This document shows, piece after piece, positions 1 to 7,800 of a stretch of DNA of 48,868 nucleotides. A program made the position numbers and the translations under genes. Source of the DNA: a virus; UHGV virus genome UHGV-0171424; one strand, 5' to 3'. Each line of letters starts with the position of its first letter. The stretch's first letter is position 1. Below the pieces are notes generated by a model, which saw only the letters and a program-made list of their open reading frames with translations, was not told where the DNA came from and ran no database searches.

Positions 1-55
1 AGTAAATTCGCCACCCCGATATCTGTGGTATTTCGGGGTAAAATGAGGTATTGAC
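1..55 (+). repeat. 3' end of 301-bp direct repeat copy B (continues from 48623-48868 across the window junction)
   Basis: bases 1-55 are identical to 34827-34881; ends in TTGAC which forms the -35 of the downstream early promoter. Confidence 0.9.
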
Positions 56-82
56 CTGTAATTCTCTATTGTTTTATAGTAT
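51..82 (+). promoter_or_regulatory. sigma70-like early promoter (TTGACC -18- TATAGT)
   Basis: TTGACC at 51-56 and TATAGT at 75-80, followed by RBS GAAGGAGAGAAAC and ATG at 106. Confidence 0.5.
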
Positions 83-105
83 ATACTCTACAGAAGGAGA
101 GAAAC

Positions 106-687
106 ATGATTCATCTTAGAGATAATTGTCACGGAACTACAAAATTTAAAGAAACAGAATTGTGCAGTATTTGTGCACTTCATGACCACCATGATTTTGT
201 GAAAGCGAAAAATATGGGTCTTCCTGCGCGTAATGAACTCTATCAGAAAGTTCTCAATGGTCTTAACGATGGTCGATTGTGGAGGGTACAGAAGAAACCA
301 AACAGCGAATGTGGACATCCGGGCGTCCGTAACACCGCTGGTAAATGTGTCTTCTGCTTGACCGAGCAACGCATGACGGGGGAATGGAAAAAACCAAAAC
401 CAGCCATTGTTAACACCGCTGGTGAGGTTGATGCACTGCGCGAGAATATCGCAATGATTGAGCGCAACATTACAGTATTGAATGAGCAGTTGCAGATGAT
501 GAAAAACGCCCTGTTACTGAGTGAATCAGGAATTCACGTTGGTGTTATTAAAATGAAATCACCGCGCCAGCAAGCCATCGCCGACGGCAAACGCTGGTAC
601 ATTCCGTATGAGCCTTGCAAGCATTGCAATATTATTGCAGAACGTTATGTAGCGAATGGTCGCTGTCGTAATTGCGGTGGTAAATAA
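106..687 (+). CDS. Cys-rich early protein (multiple CxxC pairs, putative Zn-binding), first gene after the early promoter
   Basis: 193-aa ORF with strong RBS; CxxC...CxxC pairs (CSIC, CVFC, CKHC, CRNC); followed by terminator. Confidence 0.6.
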   Translation: MIHLRDNCHGTTKFKETELCSICALHDHHDFVKAKNMGLPARNELYQKVLNGLNDGRLWRVQKKPNSECGHPGVRNTAGKCVFCLTEQRMTGEWKKPKPAIVNTAGEVDALRENIAMIERNITVLNEQLQMMKNALLLSESGIHVGVIKMKSPRQQAIADGKRWYIPYEPCKHCNIIAERYVANGRCRNCGGK

Positions 688-691
688 TAAA

Positions 692-727
692 TAAAAAACA
701 AAGCCCGCTAAATGCGGGCCTTTTATT
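692..727. terminator. bidirectional rho-independent terminator
   Basis: AGCCCGC-TAAAT-GCGGGC hairpin flanked by an A-run upstream and a T-run downstream; lies between convergent genes. Confidence 0.7.
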
Positions 728-1902
728 TACTTGAGTAACTGTATTCCGTATTTCCCTTTCCCTTCCAGTCCGTACTGGTCCTTAATCATCTCCACAGGGA
801 TTGATATTCTACCAATCTCACCGTAGTCTCGATGATATGTTATGACGGTAGCACTTCTTCCGGAGTCGTAACCTCCGTTACTTGAATACTCGTCTTTGGC
901 CGCCAGAGTTTGGTGCATCTCAGTAACGAACATGTTGCTCTCTGCTACTTTCCGGTGATGATAGTGCCCCGTGTGTAGGTAGCCAAACTTAGTACGACCG
1001 TAAATCTCCCGGAACTTACTGGCAAATACTGCGTCCAACTTTTCCATTCTGGAACAATGCCCGTGATGGACACCAATCATCACTTTGCCGAATTCGATTG
1101 CATAATAGGGGCTCTGTTCTTCCACAATGGTCACGCGGGGATTATCGCAATACACCTCTTTAAACATCTCTCGCAACCACACGGCGGACGCGAGGTCATG
1201 GTTACCCGTGGCGATTAGCAGCGTCACTTTCCGATGCTTCTCCAGACACATGTTCACGGCTCGCTTAATCACACGGATAGCAGTCTGGACAACTTTGAAG
1301 AAACGCGTATCAGAGTCGAGAATATGTCCGGATGTTGGTGTAACCGCCTTCAGTCCGTCGAAGTGCAGGAAATCTCCCTGAAGGTTAATGAGACACTCTG
1401 TTGCGTTGGGTGCCAATGCTGTCGCTGATTTGAACCACGACGATATGAGATGCTCCGCAATGTTTGTATCATAATCGTCCCCACCCTCTTCTTCACATGC
1501 TAACATACCAATGTGTGCATCCGTTACTGTGTACATATTCAGGAGAGTGGTATCCTCATCACGGGATATTAAATTAATTTCCTCTAGTGGGGATAAGCAC
1601 TCTGTAAGCGCCGCAATCGCTTCCTGCATCATTTTTAACTGGCGCTCGGAGTCCACATCGGTCTTGACCCATTGCATCGCCAGGGTGCCGTCTGACTTCA
1701 CCAGTGACGATGTGCCTTTCACCTTGTAACCGTCCGGCACAAAGCGAGACACATTACCACCGTGACCCAGACCGCGCGCACCGAGACGTTTAATGCGGCG
1801 GTTAATGTTTCCCGGGCTCATACTGTACTTTTTCGCTATAGCATGACCACTCATTCCCGCAGTCACGTCGGCCAGTAATTGCTCATCGGTCAGTATACTC
1901 AT
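727..1902 (-). CDS. N-terminal HTH domain fused to calcineurin-like metallophosphoesterase
   Basis: 391 aa; N-terminal HTH-like segment (AIAKKYSMSPGNINRRIKRLG); MPP motifs D-x-H, GDFLHFDG, GNHD, GVHHGH, GHYHH. Confidence 0.6.
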   Translation of the reverse strand: MSILTDEQLLADVTAGMSGHAIAKKYSMSPGNINRRIKRLGARGLGHGGNVSRFVPDGYKVKGTSSLVKSDGTLAMQWVKTDVDSERQLKMMQEAIAALTECLSPLEEINLISRDEDTTLLNMYTVTDAHIGMLACEEEGGDDYDTNIAEHLISSWFKSATALAPNATECLINLQGDFLHFDGLKAVTPTSGHILDSDTRFFKVVQTAIRVIKRAVNMCLEKHRKVTLLIATGNHDLASAVWLREMFKEVYCDNPRVTIVEEQSPYYAIEFGKVMIGVHHGHCSRMEKLDAVFASKFREIYGRTKFGYLHTGHYHHRKVAESNMFVTEMHQTLAAKDEYSSNGGYDSGRSATVITYHRDYGEIGRISIPVEMIKDQYGLEGKGKYGIQLLK

Positions 1903-2192
1903 TACGCTTTGCTCCGGCTTTTAACTAACTGGTCAATAACAACCGTGAAGAACTGGTTACATCCTACATTCGGGTAGTCAATGCCAAACTTGTAACCCTT
2001 AATGATAAGGTCGGTCGCCGCAGGATTGCCGCCCGGGTTAGCTTGTTTAATCACTTCCTGTACACCCATCTGCGCACGTTGAGCGCTACAGCCGTTAAAG
2101 AGCAGGTTAGCAACCCGTGATTCATTTGCCTCAGCAGTAACAGCCGCATTGGCAGTACCGCACAGCATCAGACAGAACAGTAATTTACGCAT
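1902..2192 (-). CDS. small secreted/periplasmic protein (signal peptide, 2 Cys)
   Basis: MRKLLFCLMLCGTANA signal peptide with AxA cleavage site; RBS GGAGA 7 nt upstream of the ATG at 2192; the longer ORF 1902-2264 is probably an N-terminal over-extension. Confidence 0.5.
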   Translation of the reverse strand: MRKLLFCLMLCGTANAAVTAEANESRVANLLFNGCSAQRAQMGVQEVIKQANPGGNPAATDLIIKGYKFGIDYPNVGCNQFFTVVIDQLVKSRSKA

Positions 2193-2484
2193 TTTCGTAT
2201 CTCCAGGTATGCGCGCCTGCGCATTTGAGCGCGTGCGCCATAATTTCATCATTGACGACTGCAAACATCAGCTTCGTGGCATCAATCGTAAAGTGACGAC
2301 CGGCTAACAGGTCATCAAATGTCACATCGTGTTTACGTAACCATTCGTAAGCATCACGTGGACCGGTCACCAGCACATCATGACCCGCACAGTACAGCGC
2401 CCTTGCGAGCGCGATATTGTCCTTAATAGGTTCGCCCTGCGCATCCCGCAGTACACCGTCCAGGGCGAACAACACCGATTTCAC
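2185..2484 (-). CDS. small HAD-like (DxDG motif) protein, hypothetical
   Basis: 99 aa; N-terminus LFALDGVL resembles HAD motif I; operonic overlap with neighbours. Confidence 0.35.
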   Translation of the reverse strand: MKSVLFALDGVLRDAQGEPIKDNIALARALYCAGHDVLVTGPRDAYEWLRKHDVTFDDLLAGRHFTIDATKLMFAVVNDEIMAHALKCAGAHTWRYENA

Positions 2485-2708
2485 TCAACCTCCCACTTGA
2501 TGCTAGCGGCATGAGCCGCCAGGCATTTATTGAACCCGTCGTTGTTATTAGTCAGCCCAAGATTCCAGCCAGCAGTTAAGCCAGCTCTGTAGGCGCTCTC
2601 CTGCAAGTTTTCTACAGTGACGGTGCATGACTCCGGTTCTACCACCCGCGCCTCAGTCGCTAAACAGCGCTCCATCAATTGACAATAACTTAGTGCTTCC
2701 ATATCCAC
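2481..2708 (-). CDS. hypothetical protein
   Basis: 75-aa ORF; ATGA-type overlap with the downstream gene. Confidence 0.4.
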   Translation of the reverse strand: MDMEALSYCQLMERCLATEARVVEPESCTVTVENLQESAYRAGLTAGWNLGLTNNNDGFNKCLAAHAASIKWEVE

Positions 2709-2863
2709 TGCTCCCGCACTTTACCTTCGACAATGAGACGAGTGACACACAGCCCGTCCCGGTCAGCCTGTGCACGCATACGTGACAGTGTGTTTAGCGC
2801 CTGAACCTCGGTCATATTACCCAGCAGGTCAGACAGTTTGTGATGGCTGATGATGTTTTTCAT
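2690..2863 (-). CDS. small hypothetical protein (57 aa)
   Basis: ORF found by hand; RBS GGAGAGG 10 nt upstream of the ATG at 2863; below the ORF-track size cutoff. Confidence 0.35.
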   Translation of the reverse strand: MKNIISHHKLSDLLGNMTEVQALNTLSRMRAQADRDGLCVTRLIVEGKVREQWIWKH

Positions 2864-2886
2864 CTTGGTTGTTCCTCTCCGTTATT

Positions 2887-3063
2887 TTAACATGTGCATC
2901 CGAAATCGAATTCGGCGGCGAACGCTTCGTATTTTCTGAGAAGTTCGATGTAATCTTTACCGAGTTGACATGCTTCTTCGACTGTCAACTCTATCTGGTC
3001 GAGTGTGCTATCAGGTTGCATTTCCAAAAGAGTTTTGGCGATATCTTCTGTTGTTCTGCCCAT
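2887..3063 (-). CDS. small hypothetical protein (58 aa)
   Basis: ORF found by hand with RBS AGAGGG upstream of the ATG at 3063; more plausible than the opposing 2869-3099 plus-strand ORF; first gene downstream of the minus-strand palindromic promoter. Confidence 0.4.
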   Translation of the reverse strand: MGRTTEDIAKTLLEMQPDSTLDQIELTVEEACQLGKDYIELLRKYEAFAAEFDFGCTC

Positions 3064-3098
3064 CTTGTTGTACCCTCTGTTGTTGTTCCGATGACTTA

Positions 3099-3127
3099 AA
3101 GATAACTCACCTTGACGATGTCGTCAA
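3099..3127 (-). promoter_or_regulatory. palindromic early promoter, minus strand (TTGACG-acat-CGTCAA, 17-nt spacer, TATCTT)
   Basis: perfect 16-bp palindrome at 3112-3127; -10-like TATCTT at 3099-3104 on the minus strand. Confidence 0.5.
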
Positions 3128-3136
3128 CACTAATTG

Positions 3137-3158
3137 CAAAAAAAAGCCCCGAAGGGCT
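3137..3158 (-). terminator. rho-independent terminator after the primase-helicase gene
   Basis: GCCCTTCGGGGC hairpin followed by T8 on the minus strand; overlaps the primase stop codon. Confidence 0.75.
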
Positions 3159-5476
3159 TATTTAGTTTCCGCAAAGGCTAACGCGCTTGTATCACCCTGT
3201 GCCGCCGCGTAATGGCGCGCCACGTCTGCTGCATTTGTGAGATTAGCGTGAATATGTCCAATCTTGATATATAACCGTGGCTTACCACCGTCAATCATTA
3301 TCACGTTGTTCACGCGCCCATCCTTGAGCGCCGGGTGCCAGTCGTAACCCAGTTGACGCATCATGTCGCGACGTTTACCCACCGGCACAGTACGGTCGGC
3401 GCGCATCTGGCGTAACAGGTTGTCCAGTGCCTTACTGCTCACCCAACCACCCGCAAAGCCCTGACGACCCTCGTCAATTGCTTCCATAATTTCCTGCTCA
3501 ACACTACCGAGTGATGCTGTCACAGCCTCGTGAGTGCTGCTGGTCTCTGGTGCACGCTGACAATGTGTCGCCGGGTTAAATTGTGCGGGAATGGCGTAGT
3601 TCTCCAGATAATGCGTTACGGCTGCAAATCCGCCACCACGTTTGAGCCAGTCATACAGGTTGGGGAAGTAATCGCCACCCATACCGTCACGTACAATGTC
3701 GATATGCTCCTGCTGTGCGGTATAGAAAATGGCGAACCGGCGGTCATTAGCTGTCTTGCGCACGGCGTTTTTGTGGTTACTATTGAACATGAAGTTAGCA
3801 CACAGGCGGTGCATCACCTGGTCCTGCTGCATCGCACGCTTAGCGAGGTACTCACCAGTAATCATCGGCTTGAGTGTTTCAATCAGTTCGAGTTTCTGCT
3901 CCGGAACGTAAATGTCTTCCACGCCGATAAATATTTTATCGAACAGCCAGGCGTTGAACTTCTCACCAATTTCCTGCGCTGGCGGCATGTGGCTGTAACG
4001 TGAACCGACCGCTTCCATTACGCACAATGTGAACAGTGTTTTACCGTTACCTTCGACGCCCTGCAGCAATGGTGCCCATTTAAATTTAGTTCCCTTGTAC
4101 TGGACGCACGCCGCCATGTAGGACAACAGAATGTCGCGGTCACGCTCGACGGGTAACAGTTTGGTCAGATGAGTGAGGAAAGGTGTCACATCGCCCGGGA
4201 CGCTCGCCACCGTCACCGGTACGTATGCGTTAACATGACGCAAACCGTCTTCCTCAATAATGGCACCCTGTGACAGGTCCGGACGGAATGTCGAGCGGTC
4301 AACTTTCGGGAACATGATGCACTGACTCCGTGTGAAGGCTTCGAAAGCAGACTTTGTTGTTTTTTCGTTACTGTCATCTAACGCGAAGGCATAACCACCG
4401 TACATAACGTCGAATTGTTCCGATTTCAGCATTTGACCATTTGGGGTTAATACACGATGACTATCGGCTACATATACGCAGCCTTTAAAATGGTCTAATA
4501 ATTGAGACCCACCAATGAACTGATAGCCGCTGCGGATAATTGGCGTATTAGATTCTACAACCTGCGCGGGGGTCACCAGTTCAATCGGTGCGCCGACGCT
4601 ATAATAGGTTGTGAGAAGCCCGGCAGCGTTGAGGATGGTGCGCTCCAGGTAAGATTTATTGGTGAACCATTTATCTCTTTTGAGTCCACTTTGTAGCATC
4701 AGCGATTTAGTTCTTTCGCAGTTCCCACCTGTCCACCATAAAAGTCGGGTGGCGAGAGATGAATCGAGTGATGAACGGTCGTCATCTTCCGATACCACGC
4801 CGTTCCACAGGTCTTTGAAAGTGGCCTTACCACCAAAAACAACAGAAACCCCTTCCTTAGCCGCACACGCTTTTTCGATGAGTTTCGCATCATCCTCAAT
4901 CGGGTTACTGCCCACCTGTGGCGAATTCGTCCATTTCACCGACACCGCGGATTCTTCTTTCGGGAAATAGCGTGCAATTACTGTATTTAGTGCTCCGGTG
5001 GCATCGTGTTCCCACGACCCTTGCGCACTTGAACCAGTCAAAGCGACAAATCTTTCGGTGTGGTATAACTCAATACCGAGCGGTATGTTTTTACAAGCGT
5101 GCTCAGGGATGGAAGAATATCGTCCGATGATGTGTAAACCGGTGCCACTCTGCGAAATTTCAACATAGCACCCGGCGAAAGTCTGACACAGTTCCACGGC
5201 CAACGGAGACCACGCTCCGTCAATTAGACAATGGTCGATATCGATGAAGAAATATGGGTCTGTATCTGTGAACACAAACCCAACTCCGTCTGCACCCCGT
5301 GCGAGTGCGTCACCATACGTCAACCAGTCATTCGGGTTGGTTGTGGAACCGTGGGGTCGCTTGGTTGTTTTGTCACCCACTTTAACGAGTGAGTAAGGAA
5401 TATACTGTTTTCTCTCTGTAATCATCATTTCAGTAACCTTAACCAGTATTGTAATTCTGTTGACCATCGCAACCAT
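3158..5476 (-). CDS. DNA primase-helicase (N-terminal prim-pol/D5_N-like primase, C-terminal SF3 helicase)
   Basis: 772 aa; prim-pol motifs DIDH and SGTGLH; Walker A GVEGNGKT; size and architecture match P4-alpha/D5-type primase-helicases. Confidence 0.8.
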   Translation of the reverse strand: MVAMVNRITILVKVTEMMITERKQYIPYSLVKVGDKTTKRPHGSTTNPNDWLTYGDALARGADGVGFVFTDTDPYFFIDIDHCLIDGAWSPLAVELCQTFAGCYVEISQSGTGLHIIGRYSSIPEHACKNIPLGIELYHTERFVALTGSSAQGSWEHDATGALNTVIARYFPKEESAVSVKWTNSPQVGSNPIEDDAKLIEKACAAKEGVSVVFGGKATFKDLWNGVVSEDDDRSSLDSSLATRLLWWTGGNCERTKSLMLQSGLKRDKWFTNKSYLERTILNAAGLLTTYYSVGAPIELVTPAQVVESNTPIIRSGYQFIGGSQLLDHFKGCVYVADSHRVLTPNGQMLKSEQFDVMYGGYAFALDDSNEKTTKSAFEAFTRSQCIMFPKVDRSTFRPDLSQGAIIEEDGLRHVNAYVPVTVASVPGDVTPFLTHLTKLLPVERDRDILLSYMAACVQYKGTKFKWAPLLQGVEGNGKTLFTLCVMEAVGSRYSHMPPAQEIGEKFNAWLFDKIFIGVEDIYVPEQKLELIETLKPMITGEYLAKRAMQQDQVMHRLCANFMFNSNHKNAVRKTANDRRFAIFYTAQQEHIDIVRDGMGGDYFPNLYDWLKRGGGFAAVTHYLENYAIPAQFNPATHCQRAPETSSTHEAVTASLGSVEQEIMEAIDEGRQGFAGGWVSSKALDNLLRQMRADRTVPVGKRRDMMRQLGYDWHPALKDGRVNNVIMIDGGKPRLYIKIGHIHANLTNAADVARHYAAAQGDTSALAFAETK

Positions 5477-6123
5477 TCTGTTGCACCATCGAACCCCGTA
5501 AACCCGGCGGATTCGAATTTATCATGAAACATCTTTTCAAACTGTCGTGCTGTTTGTCCGTCACATTCTATACGCTCTATGACGGATACGTCAAACGGTG
5601 TTGCCCTTCTCAATTGAGAAAATCTCTGTTCGAAGTTGTTGGTTATCCCAATCTTCACGTATTGCCCACAATCGGAGCGAATTGCGTAGAGGGTAGCCGG
5701 TTTTGTTGAGTCAAATCCCGTCGTCGTACAACCCGGACAACGTGTACCCTTGTTTACGAAATTGGTATAGCTTACATCCCATTTGCCGTGTTGTTTGCAG
5801 AATATCTCGAATTTAGAATGTTGATTGATGTAGTCCCCGAGCCATGCTACAAATTCATAACCATTAATTGCGCAGATGTTGTTTATCTGGAGTTCCCTTT
5901 CCGGTGTTGAAGTCATTTGATTTTGTGCACAAGTGGGGCAACGTGCACCATGATTTATAAAGTTGTTAACCGATGGTGACCATTTACCGTGCTGTTCGCA
6001 GATGCAAATGAATTTACTATTGTTATTTCGGTACTCTTCAACCCATCCTGCGAAAGAGTAAATAGTACCTTCGCACAGTCGGGAGATTTGATCCTCCCGT
6101 TCCTGAGCAGTGTTTCTTCTCAT
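5425..6123 (-). CDS. homing-endonuclease-like protein: two Zn-ribbon repeats plus a C-terminal GIY-YIG/T5orf172-like domain
   Basis: repeats CEQHGKW...CPTC and CKQHGKW...CPGC; C-terminus LYAIR...YVKIGITNN...R fits the GIY-YIG-like T5orf172 fold; overlaps the primase start by 52 nt. Confidence 0.55.
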   Translation of the reverse strand: MRRNTAQEREDQISRLCEGTIYSFAGWVEEYRNNNSKFICICEQHGKWSPSVNNFINHGARCPTCAQNQMTSTPERELQINNICAINGYEFVAWLGDYINQHSKFEIFCKQHGKWDVSYTNFVNKGTRCPGCTTTGFDSTKPATLYAIRSDCGQYVKIGITNNFEQRFSQLRRATPFDVSVIERIECDGQTARQFEKMFHDKFESAGFTGFDGATEWLRWSTELQYWLRLLK

Positions 6124-6135
6124 TGAGAAGTGACC

Positions 6136-6456
6136 TTACAGTAAATATTCGTTCACTGCTTTGACTCGAATCTCACGTGGGGCCGAATTTGCGATTTTGT
6201 CACCCAACGCAATGCCTTGTGCAATGATTCCCAGATTTTCCTCCTCCACTGCACGCTGCATGACAGCATCGCGTAACGCAGACATGACTCCCCAGTGATG
6301 GTTGATACTGCCCATTGCCACGCCAGCTTCGGCTGCTACACCATCGCGGGTAAGGGTACCAAAGCCATCGCGCTGCGCCATTGTAAACGCTACTTCTAAA
6401 ATATTATCTTTGCTCATAATTTCGGTTCCATCAGGTAATTTGTTGCAGTATGGCAC
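6136..6456 (-). CDS. small TetR-family-like HTH DNA-binding protein
   Basis: ILEVAFTMAQRDGFGTLTRDGVAAEAGVAMGSINHHWG matches the TetR N-terminal HTH signature (…AGVSKGTLYHHF); only about 100 aa; GTG start at 6456 or ATG at 6414. Confidence 0.45.
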   Translation of the reverse strand: MPYCNKLPDGTEIMSKDNILEVAFTMAQRDGFGTLTRDGVAAEAGVAMGSINHHWGVMSALRDAVMQRAVEEENLGIIAQGIALGDKIANSAPREIRVKAVNEYLL

Positions 6457-6465
6457 AGGTTGACG

Positions 6466-6627
6466 GGATGGTCAATCCCTCCGCAGGTAGTGAACGACCG
6501 CAATTTGAAGAAACACACCGACAGCGCAAAGAAGTGCGAGCCATCCTGTAGCGGGAATTTTGTCAAACCATGTGCAGATAAGCCCCAAATACAAACCCGC
6601 GATACACCCATCTAAAAATAAAATCCA
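6466..6627 (-). CDS. small hydrophobic membrane protein (53 aa, 2 predicted TMDs)
   Basis: ORF found by hand, MNKWILFLDGCIAGLYLGLICTWF...; differs in frame from the track ORF 6414-6611. Confidence 0.3.
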
Positions 6628-6635
6628 CTTGTTCA

Positions 6636-7115
6636 TCACAACTCCCCCTCACCGCTGTAAAATTTAAAATCACCGCCCAGTCCGATAATGAGCGTCCCAA
6701 ACGCAAGCTGTGCCGCTTCGTGTTCCGTACCTTTATACTTCCATCCGGCTTTCTTTACCTCACGCGCCACAAACTGTCCAATGGTTGACCCGACCATATC
6801 AGGCGTGATAACCACGGGGCGAATACCGATGAGGTCGCTCGACTTGATACGCTTGTTCATCGCCGGGGAGTCATTGCAGATGCCATAGCGTACAACTCGA
6901 CCATTTTCGTCTTTTAACGCACCGCAATTGTTTCTGAAAAGTCGCCAACCCATCTTGCTTGCCAGTAGTCGCGCCTCATCCTGCACACGCGCTTCGGGCG
7001 TATCTTTGGTTGAGCGTGGGACGTCCAGTCCCACCATTGTCACAAGGTCAGCCAGCGCCTCAGCCGTGATACCGTGCTTACGTTGCCATTCGAGAAGTGT
7101 TGGTGTCATCCGCAT
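6636..7115 (-). CDS. VRR-NUC domain nuclease
   Basis: NNCGALKDENGRVVRYGICNDSP...SDLIGIRPVV...GxFVAREVKK fits the VRR-NUC PD-(D/E)xK signature. Confidence 0.65.
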   Translation of the reverse strand: MRMTPTLLEWQRKHGITAEALADLVTMVGLDVPRSTKDTPEARVQDEARLLASKMGWRLFRNNCGALKDENGRVVRYGICNDSPAMNKRIKSSDLIGIRPVVITPDMVGSTIGQFVAREVKKAGWKYKGTEHEAAQLAFGTLIIGLGGDFKFYSGEGEL

Positions 7116-7270
7116 ACCTCGACCCAATCGAATTTATCGAACAAAATTTCACTGTTAATTGTCACGACCGGTGAATACGATAACCATTCAATTCGCTCGA
7201 CAAGGACATGGGAGCCATCGGGCATCATTAATGTGTCCCCCAGATGCACATCTGCAATCAGTTTACGCAT
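7106..7270 (-). CDS. hypothetical small protein
   Basis: track ORF 7106-7330 trimmed to an internal Met to avoid a 68-nt out-of-frame overlap. Confidence 0.3.
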   Translation of the reverse strand: MRKLIADVHLGDTLMMPDGSHVLVERIEWLSYSPVVTINSEILFDKFDWVEVCG

Positions 7271-7451
7271 TTCGTTCACCTTTTCGCATACGAGCAAGAC
7301 AAAGTTTACAAGTGACTTTTGATTTGACACGAGTGGTTTTTCTCATGTAACCGCACAGTGCCCCTGACAAACCCATTCTAAAATAAGCCTGCCGCGCACT
7401 TAAAGGCATTTGACTATCTGTTTCCGGATGTCGCATGTGCAACTTACTCAT
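7263..7451 (-). CDS. small Cys-containing (Zn-finger-like) protein
   Basis: RBS AGGAGA upstream of the ATG at 7451 (MSKLHMRHPE...); the track N-terminal extension overlaps a terminator hairpin. Confidence 0.4.
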   Translation of the reverse strand: MSKLHMRHPETDSQMPLSARQAYFRMGLSGALCGYMRKTTRVKSKVTCKLCLARMRKGERNA

Positions 7452-7475
7452 AACCCAATCCTCTCTCTCTCCTAA

Positions 7476-7497
7476 TTCATCCACAAAACCCGCCGAG
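7476..7497 (-). terminator. intra-operon rho-independent terminator/attenuator
   Basis: minus-strand hairpin CCCGCCTCGGCGGG followed by TTTTGTGG, immediately after the stop of the 7503-7766 gene. Confidence 0.5.
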
Positions 7498-7502
7498 GCG
7501 GG

Positions 7503-7766
7503 TTAGATTTTACCTTCTCGCATGAGACCTTCCGCAAGAGTCATGATGTATTTTTTAGGTTCCCAGTTTAGTATCGCTTTAATCGCACCTTTTTCTGTTT
7601 TATAGGGTTTAATGAATGGTACAACTGCTTCGACGATGCCCCGACCGTAACCACGTTCAGTTTCCTGAAAAACACGAAACCCATCGTCAACTGCTTTGAC
7701 CACTAAGCGTTTGAAACATTGAACACCTGTTTCCGGGTTAGTGTAACGAGAATAGTAGACTTCCAT
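7503..7766 (-). CDS. hypothetical protein
   Basis: 87-aa ORF within the leftward early operon. Confidence 0.45.
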   Translation of the reverse strand: MEVYYSRYTNPETGVQCFKRLVVKAVDDGFRVFQETERGYGRGIVEAVVPFIKPYKTEKGAIKAILNWEPKKYIMTLAEGLMREGKI

Positions 7767-7800
7767 TTTGTATTTCCTTCAGTTCGTTTCGATGAACTAA

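Noticed and set aside
2869-3099. Plus-strand 76-aa ORF
   Set aside because: No RBS. The opposite strand carries a better small ORF (2887-3063) with RBS AGAGGG, consistent with the surrounding leftward operon and its promoter.
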